DNA of 64,000 bases from a bacterium (GTDB taxonomy: Bacteria > Bacillota > Limnochordia > DTU080 > RSA5), in contig PKEU01000123.1 in NCBI GenBank assembly GCA_002919195.1, forward strand, positions 15,003-79,002. Direction: 5' to 3'. Numbering within the stretch: the stretch's first letter is position 1; every line of letters starts with the position of its first letter. Shown here piece by piece: positions 41,347 to 51,438 of this stretch. The notes under the pieces are model-generated. The model did no database searches and had not been told where the DNA came from. It was given only the letters and a program-made list of their open reading frames with translations. The position numbers and the translations under genes are program-made.

Positions 41347-41820
41347 GTGGCGGACGGCGAGAAGCACCGGTACGGTCCCGACATCGATCGGGCTCTATCC
41401 GTGTGGGTGGTCATCAACCGGGCCTTTTCGGCCCTGCAAAAGATCGCCGCTCTCGACGTGCGCCGTCGAGGGTTTAACCTCACCGAGTGGGGCGTGCTCG
41501 AGTACCTGTACCACAAGGGCGCCCAGCCCCTGGCCAAGGTGGGGCGGGAGATCCTCATCACCAGCGGCAGCGTCACGTACGTGATCGATAAGCTCGAGAC
41601 CAAGGGCTTGATCGAGCGGATCCCGTGCGAAAGCGACCGCAGGGTGATCTACGCCTCGCTGACCAGCAAGGGCAAGGAGCTGATGGCTCAAGAGTTTCCT
41701 GGACATGCTGCAGTGATAAGAGATTTCCTTTCGCCGCTGTCGAGCGAAGAGCAAGAGCAGCTGAAAAGCTTCATGAAGCGCCTCGGACTCTCGGCTGCAA
41801 AGCAGGTTGAATCCAAGTAG
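41347..41820 (+). CDS. MarR family transcriptional regulator. GTG at 41347; the ORF begins at 41161.
   Basis: Winged-HTH: ...NLTEWGVLEYLYHKGAQPLAKVGREILITSGSVTYVIDKLETKGLIERIPCESDRRVIYASLTSKG.... Confidence 0.8.
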   Translation: MADGEKHRYGPDIDRALSVWVVINRAFSALQKIAALDVRRRGFNLTEWGVLEYLYHKGAQPLAKVGREILITSGSVTYVIDKLETKGLIERIPCESDRRVIYASLTSKGKELMAQEFPGHAAVIRDFLSPLSSEEQEQLKSFMKRLGLSAAKQVESK

Positions 41821-41847
41821 CCACATATCAAGATGGAGGGGTTTTTG

Positions 41848-42378
41848 ATGTCCCAAAAGTGGGTCGTGGATCCTACCCATACCAACGTCGAGTTTGTCGT
41901 GCGGCACATGATGATTTCGTCGGTGCGGGGCCGGTTTAGCCAGGTCGAAGGAGTGATTGAGGGCGACCCCAGCGATCTTACCACTGGCCGCTTTGAGGCG
42001 ACGATCGACGCCGCCAGCATCGACACCCGGCAGGAAGATCGCGACCAGCACCTTCGTTCGGCCGACTTTTTCGACGTGGAGAACCACCCCAAGATCACCT
42101 TTAAGAGCACCAGCGTGGAAAAGACGGGAGAGAACCAGTACAAGGTCACCGGCGATCTGACGATCCGCGGCACGACGCGCCCGGTGACGCTCGATGTGAC
42201 GTATGAGGGCCGGGGCAAAGACCCCTGGGGCAACGAGCGAATCGGCCTCTCCGCTCAAGGCAAGATCAACCGGAAAGATTTTGGGCTCACGTGGAACGCG
42301 GCTTTGGAGACGGGCGGTGTGCTCGTCAGCGACGAGGTGCGGCTCGAGATCCACACGGAGGCCGTGCTCCAAGCTTAA
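41848..42378 (+). CDS. YceI family protein
   Basis: MSQKWVVDPTHTNVEFVVRHMMISSVRGRFSQVEG...HPKITFKST is the YceI-like signature. GGAGGGG lies 6 nt upstream. Confidence 0.85.
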   Translation: MSQKWVVDPTHTNVEFVVRHMMISSVRGRFSQVEGVIEGDPSDLTTGRFEATIDAASIDTRQEDRDQHLRSADFFDVENHPKITFKSTSVEKTGENQYKVTGDLTIRGTTRPVTLDVTYEGRGKDPWGNERIGLSAQGKINRKDFGLTWNAALETGGVLVSDEVRLEIHTEAVLQA

Positions 42379-42387
42379 GCGGACGGA

Positions 42388-43305
42388 TCATCGTCTACTG
42401 TCAGCCTGTTCACCTGCGTTCTGTGCTCTAAACTGGTCGAGCATCGCCGGCGATTGATCCCGCTCGGTGAGGAGCATCACCTGGTCGCCCGGCAAGAGGA
42501 CCGTCGTCCCTTTGGGCATGACGATCTCTTCTCCGTCTCGCTTGATGGAGAGGATCGTCGTGCCCCATTTTTCTTTTAAGCCGCTTTCGGCTAAGGACCG
42601 GTACGCGAGAGGGGCCCCTTCTTCCACCGTAGCCGAGGCGACCAGGCTCCTTTCGCCCACGTGCACCACTTCGTTAAAGGGCCTCATCTCGAGGGGCAGC
42701 TCATAAGCGGCGCTCTTGAGCGAACGGTAAGGCCGCGACAAGAAAAGGCGTGTGAGCCCACCCGTCAACAGCCCCACGGACCAGCCCATCACCAAGGCGG
42801 TAAACGTGCCGCCGGTCGAAAGGGCAATGGCGGCCGCCGACTCCTTGACGATCGCCAGGGTTTCCACCGCTTCAAGATGGCTCAAACGCTCGTAGAGGGA
42901 AAGGCCGGCGATGACAGAGACAAACGTCGAGATCGCATGCCGGGTGTTTAGCGCCCAAACGTAAGCTAGGCCCGATGTGAGGACCGCGCCGATCCAGTAG
43001 GGCAAGCCCAAGATCGCGCAAATCCCGATGACTGCGCCTACCAAGACGCCTTTTCCCAGTGTGATGGCGGTGGAGAGGATACGCGGCCTGAGGGCCTCGA
43101 AAAACTGCTCCCAGTCGGAGGGGCGCAGGGGAGGCCGGGCCATGGCGACGAAAAGATCGAAAGATAGCAAAGACGTGAAGATGGCGACGAAGGAGCTGGT
43201 GCTCCCCGGAATGAACTGGGTGGAAACGTAAGCGATCCCGACCGTGATGGCCCGGGAGAGAATGAGCCAGGTTCTTTCGTACCTTGAGCGATCCCAGCGA
43301 ATCAT
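42388..43305 (-). CDS. Membrane protein with a C-terminal TrkA-C (RCK_C) domain; putative transporter
   Basis: Several TM segments, then ...LAYRSLAESGLKEKWGTTILSIKRDGEEIVMPKGTTVLLPGDQVMLL..., which is TrkA-C-like. Confidence 0.6.
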   Translation of the reverse strand: MIRWDRSRYERTWLILSRAITVGIAYVSTQFIPGSTSSFVAIFTSLLSFDLFVAMARPPLRPSDWEQFFEALRPRILSTAITLGKGVLVGAVIGICAILGLPYWIGAVLTSGLAYVWALNTRHAISTFVSVIAGLSLYERLSHLEAVETLAIVKESAAAIALSTGGTFTALVMGWSVGLLTGGLTRLFLSRPYRSLKSAAYELPLEMRPFNEVVHVGERSLVASATVEEGAPLAYRSLAESGLKEKWGTTILSIKRDGEEIVMPKGTTVLLPGDQVMLLTERDQSPAMLDQFRAQNAGEQADSRR

Positions 43306-43391
43306 GTGATGAATTATAACATCCTGCTCGTCCGGCGGTCTACCGCTGGCGAAGGAGCGACGGGGACGACGCCATAAGGAGGCTGACGCGC

Positions 43392-44225
43392 GTGCGCATC
43401 GATTCTCACCAGCATTTTTGGATCTACGAACCCAAAGAGTACCCGTGGATCACCGACGAGCTTGCGGCGATCCGCAAGGACTACCTTCCAGAGGACCTCC
43501 GGCCGTTGTTGGAGTCTCTCAGTTTTGACGGGTGTGTCGCCGTGCAAGCGCGGCCGTCGACTCGCGAGACCCAGTGGCTTTTGGAGCTGGCTGATGAGCA
43601 TCCTTTCATCAAAGGCGTGGTGGGCTGGGTAGACCTGACGGCGCCGGACGTGCGCGAGGAGCTCGAGGAGTTTGCCCGCCACCCCAAGCTCAAGGGAATT
43701 CGCCACCTCCTGCAAGACGAGCCCGACGACGCCTACATGCTCCGGCCCGATTTTAAGCGGGGCATTGGCGTGCTGGGGGAGATGGGCCTTGTGTACGATC
43801 TGTTGCTCTTTCCCCGGCACCTCCCGTACGCGGTCGAGCTGGTGAGCCAATTTCCGGAGCAACAGTTCGTCTTGGACCACCTGGCTAAACCGCCGATTAA
43901 AGAGGGAAGGCTCTCCCCGTGGCGGGAGGAGATCCGCCGGCTGGCAGCGCTGCCCAACGTCGTTTGCAAACTTTCAGGAATGGTGACGGAAGCCGATTGG
44001 CACGGGTGGCGCAAGGAGGATTTCACGCCCTACCTCGACGTCGTCCTAGAGGCCTTTGGGCCCCAGCGGCTGATGATCGGTTCCGACTGGCCCGTCTGCA
44101 CGCTGGCCGGGGAGTACCGCCCGGTGATGGAGATCGTCATCGATTACATCAGCCAGCTCTCCGAGGACGAGCAAGCCGGCATCCTCGGCCGCAACGCGGT
44201 CCGGATCTACCAGCTGGGGCCTTAG
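43392..44225 (+). CDS. Amidohydrolase-2 family metal-dependent hydrolase; putative sugar lactonase
   Basis: MRIDSHQHFWIYEPKEYPWITDE... HxH start, ...DHLAKPP..., TIM-barrel amidohydrolase. Adjacent to the DgoD-like dehydratase. Confidence 0.75.
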   Translation: MRIDSHQHFWIYEPKEYPWITDELAAIRKDYLPEDLRPLLESLSFDGCVAVQARPSTRETQWLLELADEHPFIKGVVGWVDLTAPDVREELEEFARHPKLKGIRHLLQDEPDDAYMLRPDFKRGIGVLGEMGLVYDLLLFPRHLPYAVELVSQFPEQQFVLDHLAKPPIKEGRLSPWREEIRRLAALPNVVCKLSGMVTEADWHGWRKEDFTPYLDVVLEAFGPQRLMIGSDWPVCTLAGEYRPVMEIVIDYISQLSEDEQAGILGRNAVRIYQLGP

Positions 44226-44251
44226 GCTTGAGGCTTGGGCCTGGCGCCTGG

Positions 44252-45400
44252 TCACCATTCGGCCACTGAACCGTCTTCGTGGCGCCAGACCGGGTTGTGC
44301 CAGTTGTGGCCCTTGGCAGCCGCCTCCCGCACCTTTTCCTCGTCGACCTCGATGCCAAGGCCGGGCCCATCGGGCAGCGCGACAAACCCGTCTTTGTAGG
44401 CAAACACTTTCGGATCTTTTAGGTAGTCGAGGAGATCGGCACCCTCGTTGTAGTGAATGCCCAGGCTCTGCTCCTGGATCAGCGCGTTGGGGGTGCAAGC
44501 GTCCACCTGCAAGCATGCAGCCAGCGCGATCGGCCCCAGCGGGCAGTGGGGAGCGAGCGAGACGTCGTAGGCCTCGGCCATCGCGGCGATCTTGCGCACT
44601 TCCAAGATGCCGCCCGCGTGGGAAAGATCGGGTTGGATCACGTCGACATACCCGTCGGCGAGGATCCGTTTGAAATCCCACCGGGAGTACATCCGCTCGC
44701 CCGTGGCGATGGGGGTGCACCCGGCCCGCGCGATCTCCCGCAAAGCGTCGTTGTGCTCGGGGAGCACCGGTTCTTCGATAAACATGAGCTGGTAAGGATC
44801 GAGCTCTTTCATGAGGCGCTTGGCCATGCTCTTGGAGACGCGCCCGTGAAAGTCGACGGCGATTCCGATGGAGCTTCCCACCGCTTCTCGCACCGCCGCA
44901 ACCCGTTCGACCGCCGCGAGTACCTTGTCCGGCGTATCGATGCGGGCGAGCTCCTCGGTCGCGTTCATTTTCATCGCAGTGTAGCCGCTCGCGACCGCCT
45001 CTTTGGCCGCCCGGGCCACGTCGCTGGGCCGGTCGCCGCCGATCCAGCAGTACACCCGGATGCGGTCTCTGGCGGCCCCGCCCAAGAGCTGGTAGACCGG
45101 GGCGCCGTAGTATTTTCCTTTGATGTCCCAGAGCGCTTGTTCAATGCCCGAGATGGCGCTCATCAACACCGGGCCGCCGCGATAAAAGCCTCCCCGGTAG
45201 AGCACCTGCCAGTGGTCCTCGATCCGCATGGGATCTTTGCCCATGAGGTATTCCATCATCTCAGTGACCGCCGCCTTGACCGTATCGGCCCGTCCCTCGA
45301 CGATGGGCTCCCCCCATCCAGTGATCCCTTCGTCAGTCGTCACTTTGAGAAACAGCCAGCGAGGCGGCACCTTAAACAGCTCGTAACCTGTGATCTTCAT
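44252..45400 (-). CDS. dgoD: D-galactonate dehydratase family protein (enolase superfamily)
   Basis: [45 protein letters not shown]...[44 protein letters not shown] closely matches the E. coli DgoD N-terminus as recalled. Confidence 0.88.
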   Translation of the reverse strand: MKITGYELFKVPPRWLFLKVTTDEGITGWGEPIVEGRADTVKAAVTEMMEYLMGKDPMRIEDHWQVLYRGGFYRGGPVLMSAISGIEQALWDIKGKYYGAPVYQLLGGAARDRIRVYCWIGGDRPSDVARAAKEAVASGYTAMKMNATEELARIDTPDKVLAAVERVAAVREAVGSSIGIAVDFHGRVSKSMAKRLMKELDPYQLMFIEEPVLPEHNDALREIARAGCTPIATGERMYSRWDFKRILADGYVDVIQPDLSHAGGILEVRKIAAMAEAYDVSLAPHCPLGPIALAACLQVDACTPNALIQEQSLGIHYNEGADLLDYLKDPKVFAYKDGFVALPDGPGLGIEVDEEKVREAAAKGHNWHNPVWRHEDGSVAEW

Positions 45401-45632
45401 CGCCCTTCCTCCTCCAAGGGGATAAAGTTCCAGAGCCCGCTGTCATTCCCTGTCGCTCTCGGGGGGACCCTCGCGCGGTCAGCAGGCGTCATCGTTGCCA
45501 GTGACCTTACGAGGAGCTCTCCAAGAGGGACTTCAAGGACCTTCACCCGGAAGTGTCCCGCTAGCGCCGCATGCCGCGTACTCTGCAGGGTGGATCGACG
45601 CGAAAAATCGACGAAACGTGGAGGGATCCAAG

Positions 45633-46664
45633 GTGCGGGCGGCGCTCATCGGCTTTGGCTCGATCGGCAAACGCCATGCGCGGTGCTTGGCCCAAAAGTT
45701 TGAGGAGCTGGCCATCATTGACGTTGATCCCCCTGCCAGGGAGGCGGCAAAGTCCCAGTTTCCCAAGGCGCACGTCCTCTCGTCGCTCACCGAGCTTTGG
45801 CGTTTAAACTGGCCTTGGCAAGAGGTCTTGGTCGTGATCGCCACGTGGGGACCGAGCCATTACGAGCTTTTCCGCGAGTGCGCCGAGCAGGGCGTCCGGC
45901 GGATCCTGTGTGAGAAACCCCTGGCCGGCTCGCTCTACGAAGGATGGCGCATGGTGGTCGAGGCCGGGGAGCTTGGGATCACGCTGGGAGTCAACCACAC
46001 CTTGCGCTTTCTCGGCGTGGATCGGGGCGTCAAAAAGCTGGCTCAGCAACACTCCCTGGGGCCCCCGCACTCCGTGGTCGTGCACGGCGGGGCTTCGGGG
46101 CTCGTGACTAACGGCATTCACTTCATCGATCTCGCGATGTCGGTGATCGGCGCCTCGCCGGTCAGTGTGGTGAGCACCGCCGCGGGAGAGGCCATCAACC
46201 CGCGCTCGCCGGGGCTCTTGTTTTTCGGCGGCAGCGCGGTTTGGACGTTTCCAGCGGGCGAGGAGGCCGTCGTCTCATTGCACAACCGGTCGAGCATTTA
46301 CCCGACGGCGACGCTGTACTATCGTGACGGAGCGATCTATCTGCATGACCGCACGATGGCGGTCGTGTTAGGTAGGAGCGGGGGGCCGCTGCCGCCGGAC
46401 CTCCCGGTGACCCGGACCGCTCCCGTGGGGGAAAGGCTCTACGAAGGGCCGGTGCCGGGCGTCCTCGACTCGATGGAAGAAGCGTTTCTCCGCCACTACG
46501 ACGAGGTGGCGGCAGGCCGTCTCGAAAGTTTCTCCCCGGGCGATGCGTACCGGGCGCTGGAGGCGTGTTTGGGGGCGCTCATCGCTGCGGAGTGCGGGCA
46601 GAGGATTCGTCTGCCCATCGACCCTCAGAGTGAGTGGGGACGGCGGCGCTGGCCGGTTTCGTAG
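45633..46664 (+). CDS. Gfo/Idh/MocA family oxidoreductase. GTG at 45633; the ORF begins at 45495.
   Basis: VRAALIGFGSIGKRHARCL Rossmann motif. GGAGGG lies 7 nt upstream. Confidence 0.8.
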   Translation: MRAALIGFGSIGKRHARCLAQKFEELAIIDVDPPAREAAKSQFPKAHVLSSLTELWRLNWPWQEVLVVIATWGPSHYELFRECAEQGVRRILCEKPLAGSLYEGWRMVVEAGELGITLGVNHTLRFLGVDRGVKKLAQQHSLGPPHSVVVHGGASGLVTNGIHFIDLAMSVIGASPVSVVSTAAGEAINPRSPGLLFFGGSAVWTFPAGEEAVVSLHNRSSIYPTATLYYRDGAIYLHDRTMAVVLGRSGGPLPPDLPVTRTAPVGERLYEGPVPGVLDSMEEAFLRHYDEVAAGRLESFSPGDAYRALEACLGALIAAECGQRIRLPIDPQSEWGRRRWPVS

Positions 46665-46683
46665 CGACGGGAGGGTGGACCCC

Positions 46684-47691
46684 TTGAGAGCGGCATTGAT
46701 CGGATGCGGAGCGATGGCGGAGTATCACGCGCCCGCGTTGAAAGCCGCTGGCTTTACGATTACCGCGGTCGCTTCGCGCCCTGGCTCGAGGACCGTCGCG
46801 GCCTTTAGCCTTCGTCACGGCATCCCCAACGTGTTTGCCAGCCCCCAAGAGCTGCTCGCCGCCCGCAGTCTGTGGGATGCCCTGCTGATCGCCGTCCCGC
46901 CGCAGGCGACGCTTCCGATCCTGAAGGAAGCGGTCGCGCTGGGCGTGCCCACCCTGGTGGAGAAGCCTGTCGCGTGTGCTGCCGCCGAGCTCAAGCCGCT
47001 GCTCGGGCGCGAGGCCCCCGTGATCGTAGGGTACAACCGCCGGTTTTACGCGCCTGTGCAGGCACTCCGAAGCCTGGTGGCCGAAAGGGGCGGCCCGTTT
47101 GTCGGCGAGCTCGTGATTTCGGAGCCCTTGCCCCAAGGAGCCGGGGGCGACCCGGCTTGCGCCTTTGCCGAGCGCTTGGTCTTTAACAGCGTCCACGCTT
47201 TGGATCTCCTTCGCTTTCTCCTGGGCGAACTGCGGATCGAATCGGCGCGGGCGGTCGCTGGGGAAGGCTCCTTTGGGGTCGTTGCGATCCTGAGGGCGGA
47301 GGAGTCCGGGAGCCTCGTCAACTTGGCCGCAGTCGCGGGCGCGCCCGTCAATGTTTCGCTGAGCCTTTTTCAGCCGGATCTTGCGCTCCACCTCCAGCCC
47401 TTTGAAACACTGCGGATCTACCGGTCGATGCAGCGCATCGAGCCGGATGAAACGACTCCGTGGCGTCGATATGTGCCTGAGCTTGCAGGGCGAGTCGAAC
47501 TCGACCAACCGGACGCGGCCTACAAACCCGGCTTTTACCGGCAGGCGCTGGCGCTCAGGCGGCTGGTTTGCGGGGAAAAGCCGCAAGGAGCCGCGACGTT
47601 GAGCGACGCGTACCGCGCTTTGCGCCTTGCCGAAGGGTTGGTCGCCGCCTTGGAGGGCGCCTCCCTCAATCGATCAGGCGAAACTCAATGA
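46684..47691 (+). CDS. Gfo/Idh/MocA family oxidoreductase. TTG at 46684; the ORF begins at 46543.
   Basis: LRAALIGCGAMAEYHAPALKAAGF..., second paralog in tandem. Confidence 0.75.
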   Translation: MRAALIGCGAMAEYHAPALKAAGFTITAVASRPGSRTVAAFSLRHGIPNVFASPQELLAARSLWDALLIAVPPQATLPILKEAVALGVPTLVEKPVACAAAELKPLLGREAPVIVGYNRRFYAPVQALRSLVAERGGPFVGELVISEPLPQGAGGDPACAFAERLVFNSVHALDLLRFLLGELRIESARAVAGEGSFGVVAILRAEESGSLVNLAAVAGAPVNVSLSLFQPDLALHLQPFETLRIYRSMQRIEPDETTPWRRYVPELAGRVELDQPDAAYKPGFYRQALALRRLVCGEKPQGAATLSDAYRALRLAEGLVAALEGASLNRSGETQ

Positions 47692-49570
47692 CGACCTTCA
47701 CCTCAGAGGGGACGGGTTGACCTCCCCGGCGAGCCGGCTCAAACCGCCACTGGAGCGCAGCCTCTCGCGCTGCCGTGTCCAGGTCGGCCCGGCCGGAAGA
47801 CTGGGTCACGCGGGCTTCCTGGGGAACGCCTTCGGCATCCAGCACGAGCTGGAGTGTGACGCTTCCTTCGATTGCAAGGCGCCGGGCGAGAGCGGGATAG
47901 ACGGGGGCGACCCGCTCGAGGACGCGGGGAGGAGTGTCGTCAGGCTGGGCCTCATCCTCCGGCTCCGGTTGCGTGATCGGCGCTGGCGGTGTCCAGGTAA
48001 GGGCCCGCCTTAGGCCCAACGACGTCTCCAGCGGGAGGGGGGCGATCGCCTGCTGGGCCGGGTGCGGCTCGATCATTTCCGCCGCACTGGAGGACGGCGC
48101 CATCACCGCTGGCTCGGTTTCAACCACAACCTCTTCCTGCAGCGTGGAGCCAAGGGCCTCTGAACCGTGGAAAGCCGCGGGCGTAGCCGCGTCGGGTTGA
48201 AACGGCAACGCGGCACCGGCTGCAGCGGGAGTTTCCGGCGGGATGGATTCCCCCGGCGACGCACGACCGGTTGCCGGCTCCTGGTCTTCGCCGAGAGCGC
48301 TCTTCGCTCGCACCGCCTGATCGCTGGAGAGCGTCGCCTTTAGCGTTTCGGGTTCTTTGCTTTCTCGAGATTCCCCGGGTTCCTTGGGCTCTGCGGGCTC
48401 GCCGGGCTTTTTGGGTTCGCTTGCCTCTTTGGGCCCTCCGGACTCTTTGGCCTCCCAGGCCTCTTTGGACTCAACGGGCTTTGCTGGCTCGTCAGGTTTT
48501 CCCGGTGCCCTGGACTCTGTTGACGCACCAGGCCTTCCGGGCTCTACGGTCTCTGTGGGCTTTCCAGATGCTGCGGTCTCGAGGGGCACCCGGGGGCCAG
48601 GGGGCCCGGCGGCGCCGTCTTGCTGAGCGCTGCTTGCTTGAAAAGCAGCCTCGCGTGAAGAAGCAACCTCATGGGAAGGTTCCTCAACCGCAGCGGCTTC
48701 GACCCCAGGCGCCGCCTCGCCGGCAGTATGCGGCTCTGGCTCCAGTAGAGCGCCGGACTCTGCGGCTTGGGCAGGTCGCTGCTGCGCAGGTAGAGGCAGC
48801 GCGGGCTGAGGCGGGGCGAGAGCAACCTGGGACGGCGAGGGATCCGGCTCTCCCGCGGCGTCCCGTTGAAGTCCGGGTGGCGGCTCTGGAGCAGGTCCCT
48901 CGACCTTTGACCGCTCGGCCGCCCGCTCTTCGAAACGACGGGTTTCCTTGGCCCTGTTCTCATCCTCTGCGTTGGCTGGGGGCTGCTCCGGTCCCCGCGT
49001 CGACGCACTTGCCTGGGGCCTGGGACGTGCGACGGGGACGGCCGGGGAGGGGTGAACCTGCGGCATCGAAAGCTGGAAGGGCGCTTGCTGGTCCGGTGCG
49101 GTGGCCTGCTCCACGGTTTGCTGCGCCCCATCGGCCGGGGAAGGGGGACGGTGGACCGCGGGCTCAGGCCGCGCCGGAACGGGACGGGGTCTGCTTGGCC
49201 TCCAGGGCGCGGCGGGCTCCCTGGGCACCACTGGAGGAGAGGGAAGGGGAAAGGCTTCAGAAGGCAAAGGCCCCGGTGGGCTTTCGAGCTCTGGAGCCGG
49301 CGCGCTCTCGGCGGGCGCGAGCAGCCAGACGTAGGCGCCATTTTCCTCGACCCTGGAAAAGGGAAATCCCAAGAAGCCGCCCAGCCAAACCCCGGGCGGC
49401 TCGGGGAACATCCAAGCGAACAGGCCAAAAAGGAGCGCGTGGATAAGGAGCGAGAGGGTAAACGCCGTAAGCCAAACCCGGGCCTGCTCTCCGAGCTTGG
49501 CGCGCGGCCTGTGGGTCCCGTCGCGCTCATCGCGCCGCTCCACGGGTGCCACCGCCTTTAGAAAGCCCAC
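47666..49570 (-). CDS. tonB: TonB family energy transducer with a very long (about 450 aa) Pro/Ala/Glu-rich linker
   Basis: N-terminal TM LTAFTLSLLIHALLFGLFAWMF. C-terminal TonB domain ...APVYPALARRLAIEGSVTLQLVLDAEGVPQEARVTQSSGRADLDTAAREAALQWRFEPA.... The linker contains EPKKPGEPAEPKEPGESRESKEPE-type repeats. Confidence 0.75.
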   Translation of the reverse strand: MGFLKAVAPVERRDERDGTHRPRAKLGEQARVWLTAFTLSLLIHALLFGLFAWMFPEPPGVWLGGFLGFPFSRVEENGAYVWLLAPAESAPAPELESPPGPLPSEAFPLPSPPVVPREPAAPWRPSRPRPVPARPEPAVHRPPSPADGAQQTVEQATAPDQQAPFQLSMPQVHPSPAVPVARPRPQASASTRGPEQPPANAEDENRAKETRRFEERAAERSKVEGPAPEPPPGLQRDAAGEPDPSPSQVALAPPQPALPLPAQQRPAQAAESGALLEPEPHTAGEAAPGVEAAAVEEPSHEVASSREAAFQASSAQQDGAAGPPGPRVPLETAASGKPTETVEPGRPGASTESRAPGKPDEPAKPVESKEAWEAKESGGPKEASEPKKPGEPAEPKEPGESRESKEPETLKATLSSDQAVRAKSALGEDQEPATGRASPGESIPPETPAAAGAALPFQPDAATPAAFHGSEALGSTLQEEVVVETEPAVMAPSSSAAEMIEPHPAQQAIAPLPLETSLGLRRALTWTPPAPITQPEPEDEAQPDDTPPRVLERVAPVYPALARRLAIEGSVTLQLVLDAEGVPQEARVTQSSGRADLDTAAREAALQWRFEPARRGGQPVPSEVKVVIEFRLID

Positions 49571-51417
49571 GAGGCGCCGATCATCAGCTTGCGGCCGGAA
49601 GAAGCGCCGTGTTGCTCGCCGTCCTCTTGCACGTCAAAGAGGTTGTGCCCTTCGGCAAAGAGATCGAGATTGCGCCCGGCGGCGTGGACGATCCGGCCGC
49701 TGGCCAAAGCCGTCGCGGGCAGCGTGGCACCCGTCCCGTTGGACCTGGGACCGAGGAACCTCAGCTCAAAGTTGCCCCGGGTGGCTTGACCCTGGTAGCG
49801 GATGCCCCAGCGGAGCTCATGCTCCGGCACCAAGGGGAGGCTCTCGCCCGTCACTGCGTCTTTGTCGCTCGTCCAGCGCCAGCCGACAAAGGAGGTCAAA
49901 GCGCTGCTCAAGGGCGCCGATGCTGTGACGTCGACGCCTTGGGTGACGGTTTCGTCCAGGTTTTGCGGCCGGCGGACTCCGTTTCCATCGGGCAGCCAGT
50001 AGATGCGATCACTCGCGTGCTCGCGAAAGACGTCGACGTCGATGAGGCCCCAAGAGAGCTGGTGCGAAAGGCCCAGCTCATACCGCCACGCCGACTGTGG
50101 CCGGAGCGGATCAGCCTTTCCGTCGTGGGCTTGCAGCTCCTCCAGCGCGACGGGCCGCACCGCGTGAGCGATCGATGCCCGTGCCGTCGTTTGGGGAAAA
50201 GGAAGCACCGAGATCTGCACGCTGGGTGAAAAGGCGGGGCCGAGGTGGGGAAGGAGGTTAAACTGCCCGCCAACGCTCGCCTGGGCGAAATCGCCGAAAG
50301 GCCGCGACAGCTTGGCGAAAAGGCTTGCCGCGAAGGTGGAGCGGACGTCATCGCTCTCTCTCCGGGCGGCCGCGCCGACGACGGCTTCTCCTGCCCCTGT
50401 CTCCAGGGTGGCCCGGATTTCGCCGCCAAGGGTTACATCGTCCTGCGGGGGCGAATCCACGAGCGGTTCATTGAGCTCCCTGATCCTCTGCGCGTAGCCT
50501 CGGGCTTCGACGATGCCCGCCGAAAGCTCCCGCATCCAAGTGACGTCGCCAGCCGCAAGGTCCCGGTATCCTTCGGCCAAAGGCGCGGGGGATTCGTCCA
50601 TCAAAGGGGCGCCCCACTCGGTGAGCGTCCACGTGAAGCCCGCGGCAAGCTGTGACGATGATGTTGGCAGCTCTCGCTGCAACCGGAAGCTCACGTAACG
50701 CTGCCGGTCGTTTTGGCCCGGGAGCGCGGGTTCGGCGGTGTGGGCGACGGAGGCGAAATAGCGCGCCTCACCGATGGCGCCGCTGTCGGTCGCGACGATG
50801 TCGCGGTGGGGAAAGCGGCTGGAGGAGCCGGCGTAGCTCGCCTCCAGGCGGCTTGCTCCCTTGGTCACAAGGTGGATGGCCCCGCCGTTTCCAAGGGCTG
50901 CTGGATCGTCCTTGACGATTTCAATGCGCTCGATGCCGGCTAAGGGAACGTCCAAGAGGGTCGCCGCGCCCTTGGCGGGCACCGGCGCTCCGTCGAGGAA
51001 GATCGCCGCTTGAGCGGCGCCCATCCCCTTGATGCCGATGCTTTCGATTGCACCGCCCCGGCCGTAGCGTAAGATGAGCACCTCGGGTGAAAGACGCAGG
51101 GCGTCTCCCACCGTCGTGGCCCCGGCGGCTTCCAGCGACTTGAGGTCGAGGGCCGTAACGCTTCCGGCTGCCCCGATCAAACGGCGTGCCAGCACGATGA
51201 GGGAAAAGGGAGGAACGTCCTCCAGCTCAGCGCTCACCGGCTCCGCCGCATGGACTTCGGTTGAAAGCGACCAAGCGCTCATGATCAGTGTCGCGACGAG
51301 AAAAGTTGCCCACCAAGAAAACCTTTGGCCTTTGGTGCGCACGGTTCTAGACCTCCCAATCCATGGGATCGCGCCGTAAAACCACTCTTCGACAAAATAA
51401 ACGAACCCCCCTCGCAT
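49558..51417 (-). CDS. TonB-dependent outer-membrane receptor. The true start is probably about 51342 (VRTKGQRF..., with a signal peptide).
   Basis: Signal peptide FLVATLIMSAWSLSTEVHA. Plug domain (...ESIGIKGMGAAQAAIFLDGAPV...IERIEIVKD...). Long beta-barrel ending ...RKLMIGASWAF with a terminal aromatic residue. Confidence 0.75.
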   Translation of the reverse strand: MRGGFVYFVEEWFYGAIPWIGRSRTVRTKGQRFSWWATFLVATLIMSAWSLSTEVHAAEPVSAELEDVPPFSLIVLARRLIGAAGSVTALDLKSLEAAGATTVGDALRLSPEVLILRYGRGGAIESIGIKGMGAAQAAIFLDGAPVPAKGAATLLDVPLAGIERIEIVKDDPAALGNGGAIHLVTKGASRLEASYAGSSSRFPHRDIVATDSGAIGEARYFASVAHTAEPALPGQNDRQRYVSFRLQRELPTSSSQLAAGFTWTLTEWGAPLMDESPAPLAEGYRDLAAGDVTWMRELSAGIVEARGYAQRIRELNEPLVDSPPQDDVTLGGEIRATLETGAGEAVVGAAARRESDDVRSTFAASLFAKLSRPFGDFAQASVGGQFNLLPHLGPAFSPSVQISVLPFPQTTARASIAHAVRPVALEELQAHDGKADPLRPQSAWRYELGLSHQLSWGLIDVDVFREHASDRIYWLPDGNGVRRPQNLDETVTQGVDVTASAPLSSALTSFVGWRWTSDKDAVTGESLPLVPEHELRWGIRYQGQATRGNFELRFLGPRSNGTGATLPATALASGRIVHAAGRNLDLFAEGHNLFDVQEDGEQHGASSGRKLMIGASWAF

Positions 51418-51438
51418 CGTGCGAGAAGGGTTCGCCCA

